Part shown: positions 60,777 to 64,000 of the stretch, piece by piece | How positions within the stretch are numbered: position 1 is the stretch's first letter | Layout of the letters: every line of letters starts with the position of its first letter | NCBI GenBank assembly: GCA_963761335.1 | Contig: CAVXGR010000011.1 | Coordinates: 559,527-623,526 of the forward strand | Origin: an uncultured delta proteobacterium | GTDB lineage: Bacteria; Desulfobacterota; Binatia; HRBIN30; BPIQ01 | DNA length: 64,000 nt | Reading direction: 5' to 3' | The notes under the pieces: generated by a model | Database searches by the model: none | What the model was told of the DNA's origin: nothing | Seen by the model: the letters and a program-made list of their open reading frames with translations, nothing else | Translations under genes and position numbers: made by a program

Positions 60777-61652
60777 TCACCCGCCGGTTGGTTGCAACGA
60801 ATCATCGGATTCCACCCGGACCTCCGCCAGCGCCGCGCAAAAACAGACGCCGAACACGCAGACGCAGCTCGAGAGATAAATCCAGAACAGAAACGCCACG
60901 ATGCCGCCCAAGGCACCGTAGAGGGCGTTGAAGCTCGTGAAGTAAACCGCGTAAAGCAGAAACAGCCATTCGCCAATCCAGATCAAGAGCGTTGCGGCCA
61001 GCGCGCCGAGCCAGACTTCGGAAAACCGGGTGGCCCGGCTTGGGGCCAGCCGATAAATCATGATCAGCCCGTAGAACAAAACCAGGTATGGAATGAGCTG
61101 GAAAGTCAAGGCGAACATCCAACCTGGAAATCCGAGCCGGGTGTCGAGCCATTCCCGAAACATCCGCGCCATCCCGGGCAGCAAAATGCCGATCAACACG
61201 GCGCTCACCGTGATGCCGAGCAGGGAAAGGCTTCTCAACGGCAACCGCCACCAATTGTAAGTCGGCGAATGCCAGAGGCGGTTCGTGGCCCGAATCAGCA
61301 CGCTTAGGAATTGCGGCGCGCTCCAAAGCAGCAACGGAATCGCCGCCAGGCTGATCTGGCCGCGCGCCGCCAGCACGCCGCCAATGGTCGTCACAGCGGA
61401 GTGCTCCTGTTCGCTGGTCAGCGGCATGTAATGTTTGACCCACTGTACGACCGCCTGCGTCGCCACGTCGCGCTCGACGAACAGCGATCCGGCGGCTACC
61501 AGCAGGATGACCAGAGGCAGGAATGATAGCAGCAGGTAATAGGCAAAGGCGGCGGCGCGCTCGTTGGCGTCCGCTTCCGCCCACCGCGTGCAAGCGCGCC
61601 GGACAACCTGCCACGCGGTTGACTGCTTAACTGTGCGCAATAACTTTCGCAT
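60777..61652 (-). CDS. YihY/virulence factor BrkB family membrane protein
   Basis: AAAFAYYLLLSFLP, YGALGGIVAFLFWIY. Confidence 0.88.
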   Translation of the reverse strand: MRKLLRTVKQSTAWQVVRRACTRWAEADANERAAAFAYYLLLSFLPLVILLVAAGSLFVERDVATQAVVQWVKHYMPLTSEQEHSAVTTIGGVLAARGQISLAAIPLLLWSAPQFLSVLIRATNRLWHSPTYNWWRLPLRSLSLLGITVSAVLIGILLPGMARMFREWLDTRLGFPGWMFALTFQLIPYLVLFYGLIMIYRLAPSRATRFSEVWLGALAATLLIWIGEWLFLLYAVYFTSFNALYGALGGIVAFLFWIYLSSCVCVFGVCFCAALAEVRVESDDSLQPTGG

Positions 61653-62001
61653 TGGTTTGAAATTATTTGTCCCACCGCCAGCCACCAAAGAAGACGGCTG
61701 GAGGCAAACGGTGTCGTTGATGTTCAGCGCGGTTCCAACCTTGATGATTCGCAGCCGCTGGGGATGGTGCCAGCGGCTTCAGTTTCGCGGGCTTGGTTTT
61801 CTTGATCCCAGAACGCCGAAGTCAACCAGCTTGTGCTGTTGTTCATCCCATTCATAAAGGCAGTTGGAGTTTTGCGTTCGGTGCAGGTTGGATCGCGGTG
61901 GGTGAGGTGCCCTCGGTGCCGGACCCTCGACTCGCGGGCTAAACCTGACCAACCACCTCCTCGACCGCTCCGTCATAGCTGGCGCGTATGCGCCGGAGGC
62001 T

Positions 62002-62871
62002 TCAAAGTTCTTTGCGGATGGCCTGCAATTCCCTGCGCCGGGCCTTATCGACTGTCGGATAACTCATCCCGAGTTCCTTCATGGTATCGAGGATGATCTG
62101 CGAAACGATCAGCCGGGCGTTCTTCTTGTCGTCGGCGGGAACGACATACCAGGGCGCACAAGCGGTGCTGGTCGCGTTCAGACACGCCTCATACGCTTTC
62201 ATGTAATCATCCCAACGCTTCCGCTCGCGCACGTCCGCGAGGCTGAACTTCCAGTTTTTGTCCGGCTCATCGATGCGCGCCTGAAACCGCTTTCGTTGTT
62301 CGTCCTTCGAGAGGTGGAGAAAGAATTTGATGATCCGGGTGCCGTTGCGGTGAAGATGTGCCTCCATGTCCACGATGGAACGATACCGCTCCTCCCAAAT
62401 GGCCTGCTTCGCGATCAACCCGGCGGGCAGCCCTTGGCTGCGCAGTATTTCCGGATGCACCCGAACGATCAGTACTTCCTCGTAATAGGACCGATTGAAG
62501 ATGCCGATCCGTCCGCGTTCCGGCAGGCGGCAGGTCGTGCGCCAGAGAAAATCGTGTTCCAGTTCTTCGGTGCTCGGCTGCTTGAAACTGAACACCTGAC
62601 AGCCCTGCGGATTGACCCCGGACATGACGTGCCGAATGGCGCCATCCTTGCCGGCGGCGTCCATCGCCTGAAAAATAAGCAGGATCGCATAACGATCGGA
62701 CGCGTAGTGAAGACGTTGCAGCGCGCTCAACGCCTCCACGTGTTCTCCCAGGAGCTTTTTGTAGCGCTTCGTCGACTTGCAAAAGGGCTTCACGTTCGTC
62801 GGCCACTCCGCGAGCTTGACCTTCTCTCCGGGCCGCACCCGAAACTCTTTTGAAGTGATTTTCATCTTCAT
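62002..62871 (-). CDS. ppk2: Polyphosphate kinase 2 (class III-like)
   Basis: [34 protein letters not shown]. Confidence 0.93.
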   Translation of the reverse strand: MKMKITSKEFRVRPGEKVKLAEWPTNVKPFCKSTKRYKKLLGEHVEALSALQRLHYASDRYAILLIFQAMDAAGKDGAIRHVMSGVNPQGCQVFSFKQPSTEELEHDFLWRTTCRLPERGRIGIFNRSYYEEVLIVRVHPEILRSQGLPAGLIAKQAIWEERYRSIVDMEAHLHRNGTRIIKFFLHLSKDEQRKRFQARIDEPDKNWKFSLADVRERKRWDDYMKAYEACLNATSTACAPWYVVPADDKKNARLIVSQIILDTMKELGMSYPTVDKARRRELQAIRKEL

Positions 62872-63024
62872 CCCTTCGTCGATGTCAGCCGCGTGGTCCG
62901 CGGCTGCCAACTTATGCGGATCATCCGTCCGAGTCTCCCGCTCCACTTTTTCCCCGTCGTGACGCTTTGGCGGGATCGAAAACCCGGTAGGCGAGCAGTT
63001 TTACGCAGTCAGTCACGATGATCC

Positions 63025-63759
63025 TCACATCATCTCCTTGATGCCGGAGCGGAGCAGCCACCAGTTCACCGGGTAGCTTGTGAGAAAGCCGCACAGCATC
63101 GCGATCTGCATCATGAACCAGAACTCGACGCTAGCGACCTCGAGTCTGACGCCGAGGAGGTGCGGGAAGACATACAGGCTCGCGAAAGCCATGAAACCAT
63201 ACATTCCGATCTGCCACGCTGTCAGCGACAGCGCATCCGCCTTCAGCGCCGCCCAGATGCCCTGCGCCATCTTTAAATGGCGCATCGGCACGATCGTGAA
63301 ATACTGAAACGCGATACCGATCGCGAAAGCGAAGATGAAGTCGAGCATCCAGACGGCGAACATCTTCTCGCTGAATAGCCAGTGCCACCCGAACCACACG
63401 GCGATCGAGGGGAAGGCGAAGGCCAGCCACTCGGCGCAGATATCGCCGAGTGTGCAGCCGCTGCCGCAATGGAGCGTGCCCTTACCGACCATCACGGGAA
63501 AGGGCGTCTCGATCTTGCCCGACGGTTCGCACCCCTCGCTGTTCGCGGTCATGGCCGCCTCCATGGTTGCAAGCCGTCCATAGCGGAAATAGGCCCAGGT
63601 CGTCAGCACCGTTCCGAACAATGCCACGACCGGCCAGACGACGTTCATAATCCACATGTGTTGCGGATGACGAACCGCGTCGATCGTGATCACCCCGGCA
63701 GTGGAGAAGCCGAGGACCAAGGCAACAATGGAGAGGAGGTGGAACCAGTGCGGAATCAC
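63025..63759 (-). CDS. DUF4396 membrane protein
   Basis: HCGSGCTLGD, FQYFTI, SYPVNWWL. Confidence 0.85.
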   Translation of the reverse strand: MIPHWFHLLSIVALVLGFSTAGVITIDAVRHPQHMWIMNVVWPVVALFGTVLTTWAYFRYGRLATMEAAMTANSEGCEPSGKIETPFPVMVGKGTLHCGSGCTLGDICAEWLAFAFPSIAVWFGWHWLFSEKMFAVWMLDFIFAFAIGIAFQYFTIVPMRHLKMAQGIWAALKADALSLTAWQIGMYGFMAFASLYVFPHLLGVRLEVASVEFWFMMQIAMLCGFLTSYPVNWWLLRSGIKEMM

Positions 63760-64000
63760 GCTCCCTCCTTAGGCGTCGCTTTGGCTTCAGGCTTGGCATC
63801 GGCTGTGGTTTCATCTTTACGATTCTCCCGCCCCGCCCTCTCCAATTCTTCAACTGCTTGAACGTCTTTGCGCCCAAGCTCCTCGTAGAGCTCATGGACT
63901 CGCTTGACGATCTGCGGTGTCAAATCGGAAGTTGTCTTGGCCTTGGCTTCAGGCTTAGGCTCGACTGTGGGTTCCGGTTTAGGGTCAGCAGCTGTGGTGT
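63756..64000 (-). CDS. C-terminal part of an upstream gene (DUF2934-like tail), cut by the window edge
   Basis: Open frame ...DLTPQIVKRVHELYEELGRKD...ATPKEGA*; its stop overlaps the DUF4396 GTG. Confidence 0.6.
   Translation of the reverse strand, partial: TTAADPKPEPTVEPKPEAKAKTTSDLTPQIVKRVHELYEELGRKDVQAVEELERAGRENRKDETTADAKPEAKATPKEGA

Noticed and set aside
61690..61980. Possible gene remnant between ppk2 and yihY (LYEWDEQQHKLVDF)
   Set aside because: Too short to assign to a family without a search.

Overview
High-GC bacterial DNA; Thr/Pro-linker, Cys-rich secreted proteins and the small helical protein family suggest a Binatia/Deltaproteobacteria-like host (inference only). 1-17.6 kb holds an NHL-repeat secreted protein (partial), REP-like repeats, amidohydrolase, Uma2 nuclease, SGNH esterase, an OpgC-type acyltransferase and a ~2,980-aa cyclic beta-1,2-glucan synthase (Cgs/NdvB). 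17.7-64 kb is a mostly minus-strand, signalling-dense and partly decayed island. It holds a diverged 7.5-kb tandem duplication of three histidine kinases plus a receiver protein, a CheB/CheR-PAS-kinase fusion with FixJ/NarL regulators, two exported phosphatases, OmpA, a GH144 glucanase, PRC-barrel, DUF2254, YihY, PPK2 and DUF4396 genes, several small proteins and many gene fragments. The main unannotated signal is a ~21-bp triple-half-site motif (TACTACG-CG-CGTAG-NN-CTACG). It occurs 12 times between 25 and 59 kb, always in the same orientation, near gene boundaries upstream of minus-strand genes or remnants, usually at a fixed distance from -35/-10-like hexamers. It looks like the activator box of an undescribed regulon. 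No rRNA, tRNA or CRISPR array was recognised.
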